Assembly: GCA_002104945.1 (NCBI GenBank)
Contig: MCFH01000084.1
Coordinates: 1 to 64,000, forward strand
Direction of reading: 5' to 3'
Length of the DNA stretch: 64,000 nt
Origin: Piromyces finnis finn
Taxonomy: Eukaryota > Fungi > Neocallimastigomycota
Shown here: piece by piece, positions 21,048 to 35,445 of the stretch
Layout of the letters: each line of letters opens with the position of its first letter
Numbering within the stretch: the stretch's first letter is position 1
Notes under the pieces: generated by a model
The model's input: the letters and a program-made list of their open reading frames with translations, nothing else
Database searches by the model: none
What the model was told of the DNA's origin: nothing
Position numbers and translations under genes: made by a program

Positions 21048-22009
21048 TGAAGATATTAACTGGATTTAAAACAAATTCAGATAATATCTATAATTAATTA
21101 AACATAATAATTAGAATTAAATAATCCCAATAATTATTTTAAAACACCTTTAAAAGTCACCTTTTAAATTTTGGTTCAGTGAAAGGGTTATGATTTCAAA
21201 AAATTTAATATCAATACACTATAACCCTTAACCAAAAATAAACAAACACGAAACAAGTGCTACGGCTATGAAACCAAGTTTATTAGAAAGCTTAAGGAAA
21301 AAGCTACATTTTGGTACAATCGCGGTCCTTCTAACTGGTCATTTAAGGAAGATATGATCATTTGAAGATTTTAATAAGTAAATTAAAATTAATATGATAT
21401 CAAGTATGGATCATAGACATTTCTTATGACTTGATGAAAATTAAAAAGATATCAATAGAAATTCTAATTATATTAATTTAATTAATGATAGTGACTGTTA
21501 CTAAAAATAGAACTAAACCATTTAGGTGTAACAGTTAACATTTATAAATTAAATAATTTTAATTATTATAAAATAGGTTAATGGATCAAGTGTTTAAATG
21601 ATTAATCATATGTTTATTTTATTTTATGTCATGACAAAACAAACAAACAAACAAACAAACAATCTTATTATATTATTAACATATTACATGTAATACTTTA
21701 TTTTTATCAATTTAATAATCTGAACAAAGAATATAAAATAGAATGAATTGAATTTGGTTTTAATTCTTTGTAAAGATTATAGTTATAATCTTAATTATAT
21801 AGTTATTAAATATATTAACATTTATATTATTATTATTAATAAATAAATAAAATTTTATAAAAAAAGTTATTCTAAAGAATAAATATTAATTTTTCATTTG
21901 GAAGTTTAAAGGGTTATTTTATATTTAAATTTAATTTCTTAAAAACATATTTACTATATAATTGATAACATTCTGACCTGGCCGCATAACCAAATCCAAA
22001 AACTTAACA
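21046..22009 (+). repeat. Solo LTR family X (the LTR of element E) inside (AAT)n
   Basis: TG...CA; reverse-complement match to 27048-27997; AATAA on both sides. Confidence 0.9.
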
Positions 22010-24703
<2,694 letters not shown>

Positions 24704-25327
24704 TGTAAAGATATCAAACGCCATAGATTAATATCTTTAATGTAACTTGCCATAAATATTATTGTTTAAGTTACACAAATTATATTCAGAAAAAGAAAAT
24801 GAGACATAATTTATTTATTAATAATTAAAGTTTAAAACAAAATAAATTATTAATTTATTTTTAATGTTTAACAAGTAAATTAAAATTCTCAATTTAAATC
24901 CATAGTTTTAGTATTGTTTTTTCATAGAAATAGATAAATAATATATAAATAATAAATGATTAATATATCAGTAATACATGGGCACATATTCAAATTGAAT
25001 AGTACTTAATTTGAATTGCCAATTGTATTTTACTAAAAATAGTTATAGTTTAAATATTTATTAATAATTAAGATTTTAGTGTAGATTTTAAATAATAATA
25101 CATAAGAAATAAATAGTTATAATATAATATAATATAATATAAATGTATTTAGGAAAAATATAAATAGAAGATATTTTTCATCATTTCATCGATGTAATTG
25201 TTATTAATAAAATTTCTATTATAATAAAGGATTTTTTAAAAAACAATTTTATTTCTTATTTTATTTATTTAAGTGTTATTATAATAGAATAGATATCCTA
25301 ATCTATTCTTTCAATGTCAACATTACA
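24704..25327 (+). repeat. Solo LTR, family B variant
   Basis: TG...CA; B-like sequence; TSD CCAGA/TCAGA (1 mismatch). Confidence 0.9.
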
Positions 25328-25796
25328 TCAGATTAGTGCAAGTTAATTCAAATGACGTCAATGAATAATGAAAAGTTATTACTAATGAATAATGAAATAA
25401 AGGTAAATGAAGATTCTGGTGAAATTTTGCAAGATACTCTTGTCGAAGGTGAAAATAGTATTAGAAGTGCAATGAATGACAAGATTCAGAGTGGATTTAA
25501 AGTTATAATTAATAGGTTAGGATAGGCTTAATTATATAGTAAATAATAATATTTTTTAAAAAATAAAAGAATAATAAATATAATATTTAAGGAATTATTT
25601 TATTTAATTTTTATAATATAAATAAATAATAATTATCAATTTTAAATATTGAATTTACTATATAAAAATGAGTATTAATAATCTCACAAAGAACTTCTTA
25701 AAGTTGTTCTTTGTTCAACTTATTTATATTTTCATTTTTAATATAATATTGATATTCATAAAGTATAATAATAATTTAAGTTATACATGTATAATA

Positions 25797-25955
25797 ATAT
25801 AAATATAAATATAAATATAAATATAAATATAAATATAAATATAAATATAAATATAAATATAAATATAAATATAAATATAAATATAAATATAAATATAAAT
25901 ATAAATATAAATATAAATATAAATATAAATATAAATATAAATATAAATATAAATA
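25797..25955 (+). repeat. (ATAAAT)n hexanucleotide microsatellite
   Basis: Direct reading; explains ORF 25787..25969. Confidence 0.95.
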
Positions 25956-26229
25956 TTAATAAAATATAATAATAATATAATATAATTTTCTTTAAATATC
26001 GATATTAATAAGTTGTTAAAAATAATATTAATAATTATTTAAATGAATTTTATTTTACTAATTGGTTTGTTTAATATTAATTAATTGTTACACTATTTAT
26101 CTCCGGATAATAAATAGCTTTCCAATTAATATTTATATTAAATAAACTATTATTAGTAAAATATTATTAAATTAATATTTTAATTAATTTAACTAATAAT
26201 TCAAAATTATGAAATTTCATGAATTGTGA

Positions 26230-27030
26230 TTTTGACATTAACTATTTAGATTCCTTACTATTGTTTAATTCTATTTTTAAAATATAAAAATTATAATATA
26301 TAATTTTTATACATTTTTCTAGTAATTATTAATATTTTTATTATACAGTTATATTATTTGTATATATTTATTTATTACCTTTAATATTAGTCTTATTATA
26401 ATGTTTTATACTTATAAAATTTCACTTAATTCTTATTATTAGAATGATTGTATATTTTATTATTAATTAAGATTTATTTTATTAATTAACTTTATTGTAT
26501 AATATTTTATAATTTAAAATTATGGCATAGAATTTAATTATAATTTTTACTGAAATATGCAACTGTTACACACAAAATAGAAGATACCTCGGCAGAAAAA
26601 TTATTATTTATGTCTAAATAAGGAATTAATTGAATAATATAATTTTATTATATGTTATAATTGAATATATAATATATGATATGTAAAAATGTTACACATA
26701 TCATAAATTAAAAATTTATTAATTATAAATTAAAAATTTTTCTATTCAAATATTAAGAGATTATTCATAATATATATTAAGGATTTAATTAATATATGAT
26801 ACAGTGAATGATCCATATATTATGAATGAAATTAGTTTAAATCCTTAGCTATCCAAAATTATTAAATTTCAAATGATAGATAGTTGAAAAAAGTACGAGG
26901 ATTTTTGAGAAAAATTTTAAAAATTGAAAAATCAAAAATAAATTAAATGAATAAAAATTAAAATTAAATAAATTTTTATTTTTATAACTATTCAAGTGTA
27001 TTGTGATATCTTATTTGAACAGTAGCATCT
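26230..27030 (+). repeat. Second copy of the W LTR (ends uncertain)
   Basis: Aligns by eye to ~19310-20110. Confidence 0.7.
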
Positions 27031-27047
27031 TATGATTCGTTACAAAA

Positions 27048-27997
27048 TGTTAAGTTTTTGGATTTGGTTATGCGGCCAGGTCAGAATGTTATCAATTATA
27101 TAGTAAATATGTTTTTTAAGAAATTAAATTTAAATATAAAATAACCCTTTAAACTTCCAAATAAAAAATTAATATTTATTCTTTAGAATAACTTTTTTAT
27201 AAAATTTTATTTATTTAATAATAATAATATAAATGATAATATATTTAATAACTATATAATTAAGATTATAACTATAATCTTTACAAAGAATTAAAATCGA
27301 ATTCAATTCATTCTATTTTATATTCTTTGTTCAGATTATTAAATTGATAAAAATAAAGTATTACATGTAATAAATTAATAACATAATAAAATTGTTTGTT
27401 TTTTTGTTTGTTTGTCATGACATAAAAATAAAATAAACATATGATTAATCATTTAAACACTTGATCCATTAACCAATTTTATAATAATTAGAATTATTTA
27501 ATTTATAAATGTTAACTGTTACACCTAAATGGTTTAGTTCTATTTTTAGTAACAGTCACTATCATTAATTAAATTAATATAATTAAAATTTCTATTGATA
27601 TCTTTTTAATTTTCGTCAAGTCATAAGAAATGTCTATGATCCATACTTGATATCATATTGATTTTAATTTACTTATTAAAATCTTCAAATGACCATATCT
27701 TTCTTAAATGACCAGTTAGAAGGACCGCGATTGTACCAAAATGTAGCTTTTTCCTTAAGCTTTCTAATAAACTTGGTTTCATAGCCGTAGCACTTGTTTC
27801 GTGTTTGTTTATTTTTGGTTAAGGGTTATAGTGTATTGATATTAAATTTTTGAAATCATAACCCTTTCACTGAACCAAAATTTAAAAGGTGACTTTTAAA
27901 GGTGTTTTAAAATAATTATTTGGATCATTTAATTCTAATTATTATGTTTAATTATAGATATTATCTGAATGTTTTAAATCCAGTTAATATCTTCACA
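27048..27997 (-). repeat. 3' LTR of element E (family X)
   Basis: TG...CA on the minus strand after the PPT; matches 21046-22009. Confidence 0.9.
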
Positions 27998-28399
27998 ACG
28001 CCCTCCCTAGGAATTCGTATTCCAGACGAATTCTAGAAACTGGGGCGAGAAATAAAAATTTTTGATTTTAAAAAATTTTTGCGAGAGGAAGTAATAATTT
28101 TAAAAGGTCACTTGGCCATTGTGAGATTTTTGAAATTTCACTTTTTGAAAAATTTCTTTGTTGATAAAATTTTAATAATAAAATTGATAAAGTAAGATTT
28201 AAAAATGATAATAGAAATAAAAAATAATAAAGTTTTAATATAATAATTGAAAAATATTAAGTGTAAAAATTTTGAAATGTTGAAATTTCAAAATTTTGTG
28301 ATGAGTTAAATTTCGAAATTTAGTTGTTATAAAAATTTTTTGTAATTGTTGTAAAAGTTATTTTTAGAGAATTATTGACTTATTAATATAATAATAATT

Positions 28400-31300
28400 A
28401 ATTATATGCTATAGAAGCATAATGTCGTCCACTTTTTAAATATTTTTGATAAATGAATTGGTTACGTGGATTGTCTTCTACTTCACTTGCTGGTACCCAA
28501 TTGTAAGTAGGGCGGTATTTATATCGAATTTTATTCATATCGTTGTTGTTTATAATTGGTACGGAATTCAGATATTTCCACTATATCTTTTATTGATTCT
28601 GGATCCGCAGTTCTATTTAAAAATTCTTTTGGAGTTGGTTTATAAGGTTCTAACTCAGATACATGAAATATTGGATAGTGTTTGGGAAAAGGTGATTTTT
28701 TGATATCAATTTCATAATTGTTATTTCTTAAAACTTGAGTTATTTTATATGGACCATATTTGCAAGGAGCTAATTTGGAACTATTTTCAATATTTAAGGA
28801 AGGTGGGGCTTGAATCCAAACTAGATCATCAATTTTAAATTTTGGAGCTTCTAAACGACTTTTATCCACTCTTCTTTTATACAATTCTTTGGAGCGTAGT
28901 AACACTTCTTTTATGTGGTTGAATGCATCATTAACGTTTTGAACTAGTTTATGATTAATATTACATTGTGGTAATAGGGTCATTTCATCCATCGGAGGAT
29001 GAAAACCATAATTAATGAAGAATGGTGTTTCTTTGGTTGATTCATTAACAGCATTGTTATAAGCGAATTCTGCAAGTGGAAGCCAGTCAACCCAATCGTC
29101 ATGATAGAAAGACTTGGAATAACATCTAAGATACTGTTCAATAAAAGAATTTGACCTCTCGACCTGTCCAACAGTTTCATGATGGTCAGTAGTAGCTATT
29201 CTTGGATGAATATATAATAAATCCAAAAATTCGAGCCAAACATCACTTGTGAATTGTGAGCCTCTATCAGTATATAGGTCATAAGGGAGACCATGTAGAC
29301 GATATACATTGTTTAAAAAAGCTTTTGCAGTTTGTGCTGCATTTGGAACTTGTTTAAACGGAACTAGGTGAATCATTTTGGAAAAGCGGTCAACCACTAC
29401 CATAATAACGGTGTATCCTTTAGACTCAGGAAGGCCACAAAGAAAGTCAATTTCTATAGATTTCCATGGACGTTCTGGAGTATCTAAAGGTTGCAATTTT
29501 CCATACTTACGATGTCTAGTTACTTTATTTCTTGCGCATGTTTCACAAGAATTAACAAATTAAGTGACATCATCCTTAATTTTAGGCCACCAAAAATTTC
29601 GAGTTATCAATTCTAAAGTTCATTTTATACCAAGATGTCCAGCAGAGGGTTGTTCATGATATTTCATAAGAACATCTAAACGTAGTTTTTCAGGAATATA
29701 AACTAAGTTATTATATAGAATAAGATTATTTTTTAATTCAAACTTGTTCATTTTCCTAAATGGTTTATAAGCCTTTTGGTCATTATATGGGCTGAAATAT
29801 AACATAATATCCTTAGCGGTTTCATCGTCCTTTAAGTATTGAATAACTTGTTCCAAGAAGTTACTCATGATACCTATGAAGCTTGGTATTAGTTTCACAT
29901 TTTTTGAGTCTAAAATAAATTCTGGCTTTACTTCATAAGTCTTATCCATGTAATCAGGTCTGCGAGATAGACTATCAGATTTACCATTCTTACGACCTTG
30001 TCTGTATATAAGTTCAAAATCGTATTCTTGAAAGAAAAGGTGCCAGCGATGTTGTCTTTGATTACCTACCTTTCCTCCAAAAGTATAAAGTAAGTTTCTA
30101 TGATCAGTGTAGACTTTTATTTTATGCTTAGCACCAAGAAGAAGGTGCCTCCAAGTGGAGAAAGAATCCTTAATGGCTAATAATTCTTTATCTGTTATAG
30201 AATAGTTAACTTCAGAACTACTGAGACTTCTGGAATAGTAAGCAACAGGATGTAAACGATTTTCTGAATCATATTGAGATAGTATAGAACCAATAGCGAC
30301 ATTACTTGCATCACATTCTAAAATATATTGTTTTTGAGGATCAGGATGTGATAAAATAGGTGCGGAAGTTAAACGAGTTTTTAAAATATTAAATGAGGAT
30401 TCACATTCTGTAGACCACTTGAACTTTGCATTCTTTTTTGTTAAGTTGTGGAGGGGTTTAGCCAAGTCTGCAAAATTCATTACAAGGCGTCTATAGTAGT
30501 TACAAAGACCTAAAAATCTTTGTACATCCTTAACTGTGGTAGGAGTAGGCCAATTTTTGATTGATTCTATCTTTTTTGGGTCGGTAGCAATTCCTGAACC
30601 TGAAATAACATACCCTAAGAATTCAACTTGTGGTTTGTCGAATTCACATTTAGGAAGCTTAGCGTATAGATTATTTTCTAATAGTTTTGAAAGAACTTCA
30701 CGTACATGTTGGTGATGTTCTTCTAAGGTTTTTGAAAATATAAGAATATCATCCAAATAGAGAATAACAGATTTTTCTAAGAAAGGTCTGAGAACAGAAT
30801 TTATAAATGCCTGGAAAGTAGTAGGAGCATTACGTAAATCAAATGGCATTACTAAATATTCATAGTGACCAAACTTTGTGCGAAAAGCAGTTTTATATTC
30901 GTCACCATTTCTTATTCTAACTAAATTATAAGCAGAGCGTAAGTCGAGCTTGGTGAAATAATTTGCACCTTTGACACGTTCGATAGTATCGGTAATAAGT
31001 GGTATTGGGTAGGAATTACGTATCGTTACAGAATTGAGTTTTTTATAATCAATACAAACTCTAAGAGTACCATCTTTCTTTTTCTGGAACACCACTGGAT
31101 ATCCTGCGGGTGATTCGGATGGTCTAATAAAGCCTTTTTCTAAATTTTCCTTGATATACTCTTCTAAAACTTTTGATTCTTCTTCTGATAAAGGATAGAT
31201 GGGACCATAATGAAGAGTAGCATCTTTTTCTAGTACTATTTTGCAATCTGTAATTCTATGTGGCGGTAGTTTATCAGCTTCTTGTTTGCTGAAAACTTTT

Positions 31301-32204
31301 GCCAAATCTCGATAGGGTTCTGGAATATCCTCAATAGTATGTTCTTCTAAATTGCTTACTTCTTCTGGTTTTTCGGACAAAAAAGTATGAATTAAATAAT
31401 TATAATTATATCCATCATAATTATTTTTATTTAATATAACTTTTTTGAAAATTTGGAACGTTTAGATTTGAATTTGTGGAATCGACCATTTTTCTTCTTC
31501 TTAAAGGTTTTGGATCTGAAATAAAAATTATGAATTTTATTTTTTAAATTATAAAAAATAGCGGAATATTTTTTATTATTATTTGCACCTGTAGAAGTGG
31601 TAGGTGTAGTATTCTTATCATTTCTATTATAAGAAATGAATTTTTCTAAATTTAAAAACTTAGTAGCATGATTCATATTGAATTTCTTTTTGTTAAAATC
31701 ATATTTTAAATTTGAATATAAATATTTTTTATTATAATTATAATGAATTTCATATTTGGACATGAATATATTTCCAAATAATAAATCTGTCGGAATATAA
31801 TCCGCAAGTAAAAATTTTTCTTTGAAATTGATGAAATGAAATTTATTGTTGATAAATAGTTTTAACTGGAAGTTTAGGTTGATATATTCATCAAGTTCAA
31901 TTGAAGTACCACTGATACCTTGTACAGTGATAACATTATTCATTTTATGAGAATGTAATTGTAATGTACGTAATAGTTTGTACGACATAAAATTACAATA
32001 AGATCCACTATCTAATAGTGATGTACATATAGTTTTATTATGTATTTTATTTGTACCTCCATTATTGGATAATATATATGTATTAAAAGTAAAGAATGTT
32101 GAAGGTAATGTATTATCTTTATTGATAGTGGGAAAAGTGTAGTTTAATATTTTTATATTCGAGTGGTGATGGGACTTCAATGGAAGTCCTTTATTTAGTT
32201 TTTT
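28400..32204 (-). pseudogene. pol: Pol of element E (PR-RT-RH-IN-chromo), disrupted
   Basis: LLDSGSYCNF, YLDDILIF, ECDASN, EIDFLCGLP, TDRGSQF, GPYKI. Frameshift near 31430; in-frame stops at ~29620 and ~29570; frameshifted chromo-like tail Y.IRYKYRPTYNWVPASEV. Confidence 0.9.
32172..32204 (-). promoter_or_regulatory. -1 ribosomal frameshift signal (A AAA AAC plus 7-bp hairpin)
   Basis: Minus strand AAAAAAC-TAA-ATAAA-GGACTTC-CATT-GAAGTCC; the -1 frame is open into ORF 31431..32180. Confidence 0.8.
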
Positions 32205-33106
32205 GAACTAATTTTTTGAGCCTTATAATTGTTGTTATAGTAATTATTATTATGTTTTTGGAAGTTATTGCTATTGTTATTGTTATTGTTATTGTTGTTG
32301 TTGTTGTTGTTGTTATTGTATGGTCTGTGGTGGTTGAAATGTGAATTTCTTTTCTTGTTAGATTTGGAACTGGAAGACTGGGTAATCTTATTCTTTGTAG
32401 AAAGAGAACTTTCAATCAAAATACATCTAGTTATAATGGACTCCGTAGTGGTTGGAAATACCTCCATCTTTTCAATTTCTTCCTGATATTTTGGATGTAA
32501 CCCATTGTAAAAGATTAAAGATAATGCTTCTTCATTCCATTTAAATTGTTGTGAAAGAGAGCGGAATTCTTCGATATAATCATTTATTTTACCATATTGT
32601 TGTTTTAAACGCATTATTTTGATTTTAGCTATCTTGTAACTAGCAACATTAGAGAAAGCAATTCTTAATCCATCCAATAATTCTTGCATGGTAGCTGGAT
32701 AAATATTATCCTTGTACTTGGCAAGATACCAATTTCTAGCAGCATCACGAAGACGGGATTGTACAAAATTAATTTTTGTTTCTTCTGGTAAAGTTCGATT
32801 TGGTAGAGTTTTAAAAGTATCTTCACATAATTGACAAAATAGATCGGTCTCACTAGTCTTACCGGAAAACATACCTGGATCTGGGACTTGAGTAATTGGA
32901 GTAGCAAAACGACCTCTCATGATAACATCATGATCTAAATCAAATCTTGTTGAAGTAGATTCATCATCTCTAAAGGCATTAGGTCTTGGAGTAGCTATCC
33001 TATCATAGTTGGTATGTAACAATGGTTGTTCATCTTCATTCCGAGTAGCTTGACTATTATTCATACTGGTTAATACTCTCATGATTTCATTTAAACGATT
33101 ATTCAC
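32195..33106 (-). CDS. gag: Gag of element E
   Basis: 303 aa, homologous to ORF 497..1408; poly-Asn tail; no CCHC. Confidence 0.85.
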   Translation of the reverse strand: MNNRLNEIMRVLTSMNNSQATRNEDEQPLLHTNYDRIATPRPNAFRDDESTSTRFDLDHDVIMRGRFATPITQVPDPGMFSGKTSETDLFCQLCEDTFKTLPNRTLPEETKINFVQSRLRDAARNWYLAKYKDNIYPATMQELLDGLRIAFSNVASYKIAKIKIMRLKQQYGKINDYIEEFRSLSQQFKWNEEALSLIFYNGLHPKYQEEIEKMEVFPTTTESIITRCILIESSLSTKNKITQSSSSKSNKKRNSHFNHHRPYNNNNNNNNNNNNNNNSNNFQKHNNNYYNNNYKAQKISSKN

Positions 33107-33492
33107 ATCATTTTTAATAATAAATTTACTTCTTTTAATTATAATATTAGAATATTATAAAACATTGTAAATGATTATTATTAAACAATAATTTAAATAA
33201 AATAAAATATGTTTTTTTAGGAACTTTTAATAACACTAACCGATAAAAATAAATCAATAAAAAATTATTTTGTATATTATTGTTATTATTGTTATTGTTT
33301 TTATTACTATTAGTATTAAATATTTAATATAATATTATTTTTATTTATATCATATTATCTTTTTTTTTTTTTTGCTTAAAATATAAAATATAAAAAATAT
33401 TTAAAAATAACATTCATTATACTAAAATATTTTTAATATTGCTTTATAATAAATTATTTTTTTTCTTAAAATCAAATATATTAGAAAAAAAT

Positions 33493-33990
33493 ATGAAAGT
33501 GGGAATCTCTGCTTTTAATATATTATTAATTTTATCATTATTAAATAAAACAAATGCTAAGAGTGTTCCTAATGATGGAATAAGTAATAATTATAATACT
33601 GAAACTGTTGAAGATATCTTTGAAGAAGTTGTAAAGGAAGAATTCAATCCCACCACCCTTAAAAATGAAGAATTTAAAGTATTTTCCGAAATTTCTAATG
33701 AAGAAATGGAAACAAATTCTATTGATTTAGAAGAAACAACAGATATTGAAATGTTGGATAAAAAATACTGCGACTTTTGTAATTTAAAGGATGGAAGAAT
33801 ATTTATGATTAAAAATAAAAAAGAAATAAGTATTAAAGATTTCATGAGAAAATCCTATAGCTAATCCTTACTTGGAAGAACTTACTGGGATTAAGAATTC
33901 AAATGTTCGTTTAGGATATGGTGCACCTATCATTGTTGATGTTATAAGTTGCCATAACGAAGAAAAATGTACGTACGAATTTAATCTTAG
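33493..33990 (+). pseudogene. Host gene fragment encoding a putative secreted protein, interrupted by LTR Z1
   Basis: MKVGISAFNILLILSLLNKTNA reads like a signal peptide followed by an acidic region; coding-like sequence continues in another frame (ENPIANPYLEELTG...) up to the LTR. Confidence 0.45.
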
Positions 33991-34423
33991 TGTAAATAAA
34001 TGTGTTCTTAACAATAAAAGAAATTTATAATAATTTACCAAAAAAAACTTAGTAAATATAAAACACTTTTAACTACTGTTAATTATTAATATTTAAAATT
34101 ATTATTAAAAACACACAATTTCTAACTTAATAGGTTAGTGTTTAACAATAATTTATTAATTAATAAAAACTCATTTTTTTTAAAATTATTTAAAAAAATT
34201 CACTCGTATTTATATAAAAATTTTTAAAATTAATTTAAAAGATTTTTTATAACTTAAATTTCTTAACCAATCAAAGAATTTCGTATTGGTAAAAAATCAA
34301 AATAAAAAATTAAAATAAAATAAATAAATAAAGTAATTTAGAGGTCTCAAACTCAAGATATTCAGACCAAAGTCTTAGTTACTAACCAATAAGACAATTT
34401 CATTATTTCTACGATTCGTTACA
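33991..34423 (+). repeat. Solo LTR Z1
   Basis: TG...CA, TSD CTTAG on both sides. Confidence 0.9.
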
Positions 34424-34432
34424 CTTAGTCGA

Positions 34433-34952
34433 TGTAAAATATTGTATTAATAGAATAATGTATTTAATACGTATTTAAAATACTGTATAATGTATTAAAT
34501 TAATATACCGTAAAATTTACAAAAATTTACATCACAATACATTAACATAAATTTATGAAAAATTTAATTTTATGATAAGATAAAGTTTTTGATTATAAAA
34601 TAAAATTTTAAATTAAATAAATTTTAACCAATAAATATTTTAGATAATAAAAATTTTTTTTTATAAACTAAGCCTCAAAATTAGAAATAAATAAATTAAA
34701 TATATGTTTGAAATATAATCAACCATATAGTAAATAAATCAAAACTTTATTTTAGGTTTAGAAAATTCTTTATTAAATAAATTGAATTTAAATAGTTTAA
34801 TACAAATAAATTCTTTTAATAAATGTATAAATGTAAACAATGTAAAATTATAATATTAAAACATGTATATTAGAATTTATTCAATTTATTTAAAAAGTAT
34901 AAATAAAGAAAATTTTTCAACTATTGAAACGATAGTTGGAAAATCGTATAGG
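34433..34952 (-). repeat. Partial LTR Y, inverted, cut by a B-variant LTR
   Basis: Reverse complement of ~20390-20968. Confidence 0.85.
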
Positions 34953-35445
34953 TGTAAAGATATCAAACGCCTCAGCTTGATATCTTTAATGTAACTTGAG
35001 CCACAAGTATTATTGTTTAAGTTACACAAATTATATTCAGAAAAAGAAAATGAGACATAATTTATTTATTAATAATTAAAGTTTGAAACAAAATAAATTA
35101 TTAATTTATTTTTAATGTTTTACAAATAAATTAAATTTCTCAATTTAATTTCTTAGTTTTAGTATTGTTTTTGATAGAAAAAGATGAATAATATATAAAT
35201 AATAAATGATTAATATATAAATAATACATGGGCACATATTCAAATTAAATAGTATTTGATTTGAATTGCCTATTTAATTTTACTAAAATAATTATAGTTT
35301 AAATATTTTATTAATAATTAAGATTTTAGTATAGGTTTTAAATAATAATATATTTTAAATAAATAGTTATAATATAATATAAATGTATTTAGGAAAAATA
35401 TAAATAGAAGATATTTTTCATCATTTTATCGATGTAATTGTTATT
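34953..35445 (+). repeat. Partial B-variant LTR interrupted at its self-primer site
   Basis: B-like from tgtaaagatatc to gtaattgttatt, where the next LTR starts. Confidence 0.85.

Larger units (their letters stand above)
27048..33106 (-). mobile_element. Element E: Ty3/Gypsy element with -1 frameshift and degenerate chromodomain; 5' LTR not found
   Basis: gag 33106-32195, PR 32204-31431, RT/RH 31380-29620, IN 29496-28531, PPT agggagggcgt at ~28008-27998, 3' LTR 27997-27048. Confidence 0.9.

Noticed and set aside
25787-25969. Poly-(Asn-Ile) ORF
   Set aside because: Translation of the (ATAAAT)n microsatellite.
28085-28340. env-like or extra ORF in the 3' region of element E
   Set aside because: AT-rich sequence with no ORF in the track.
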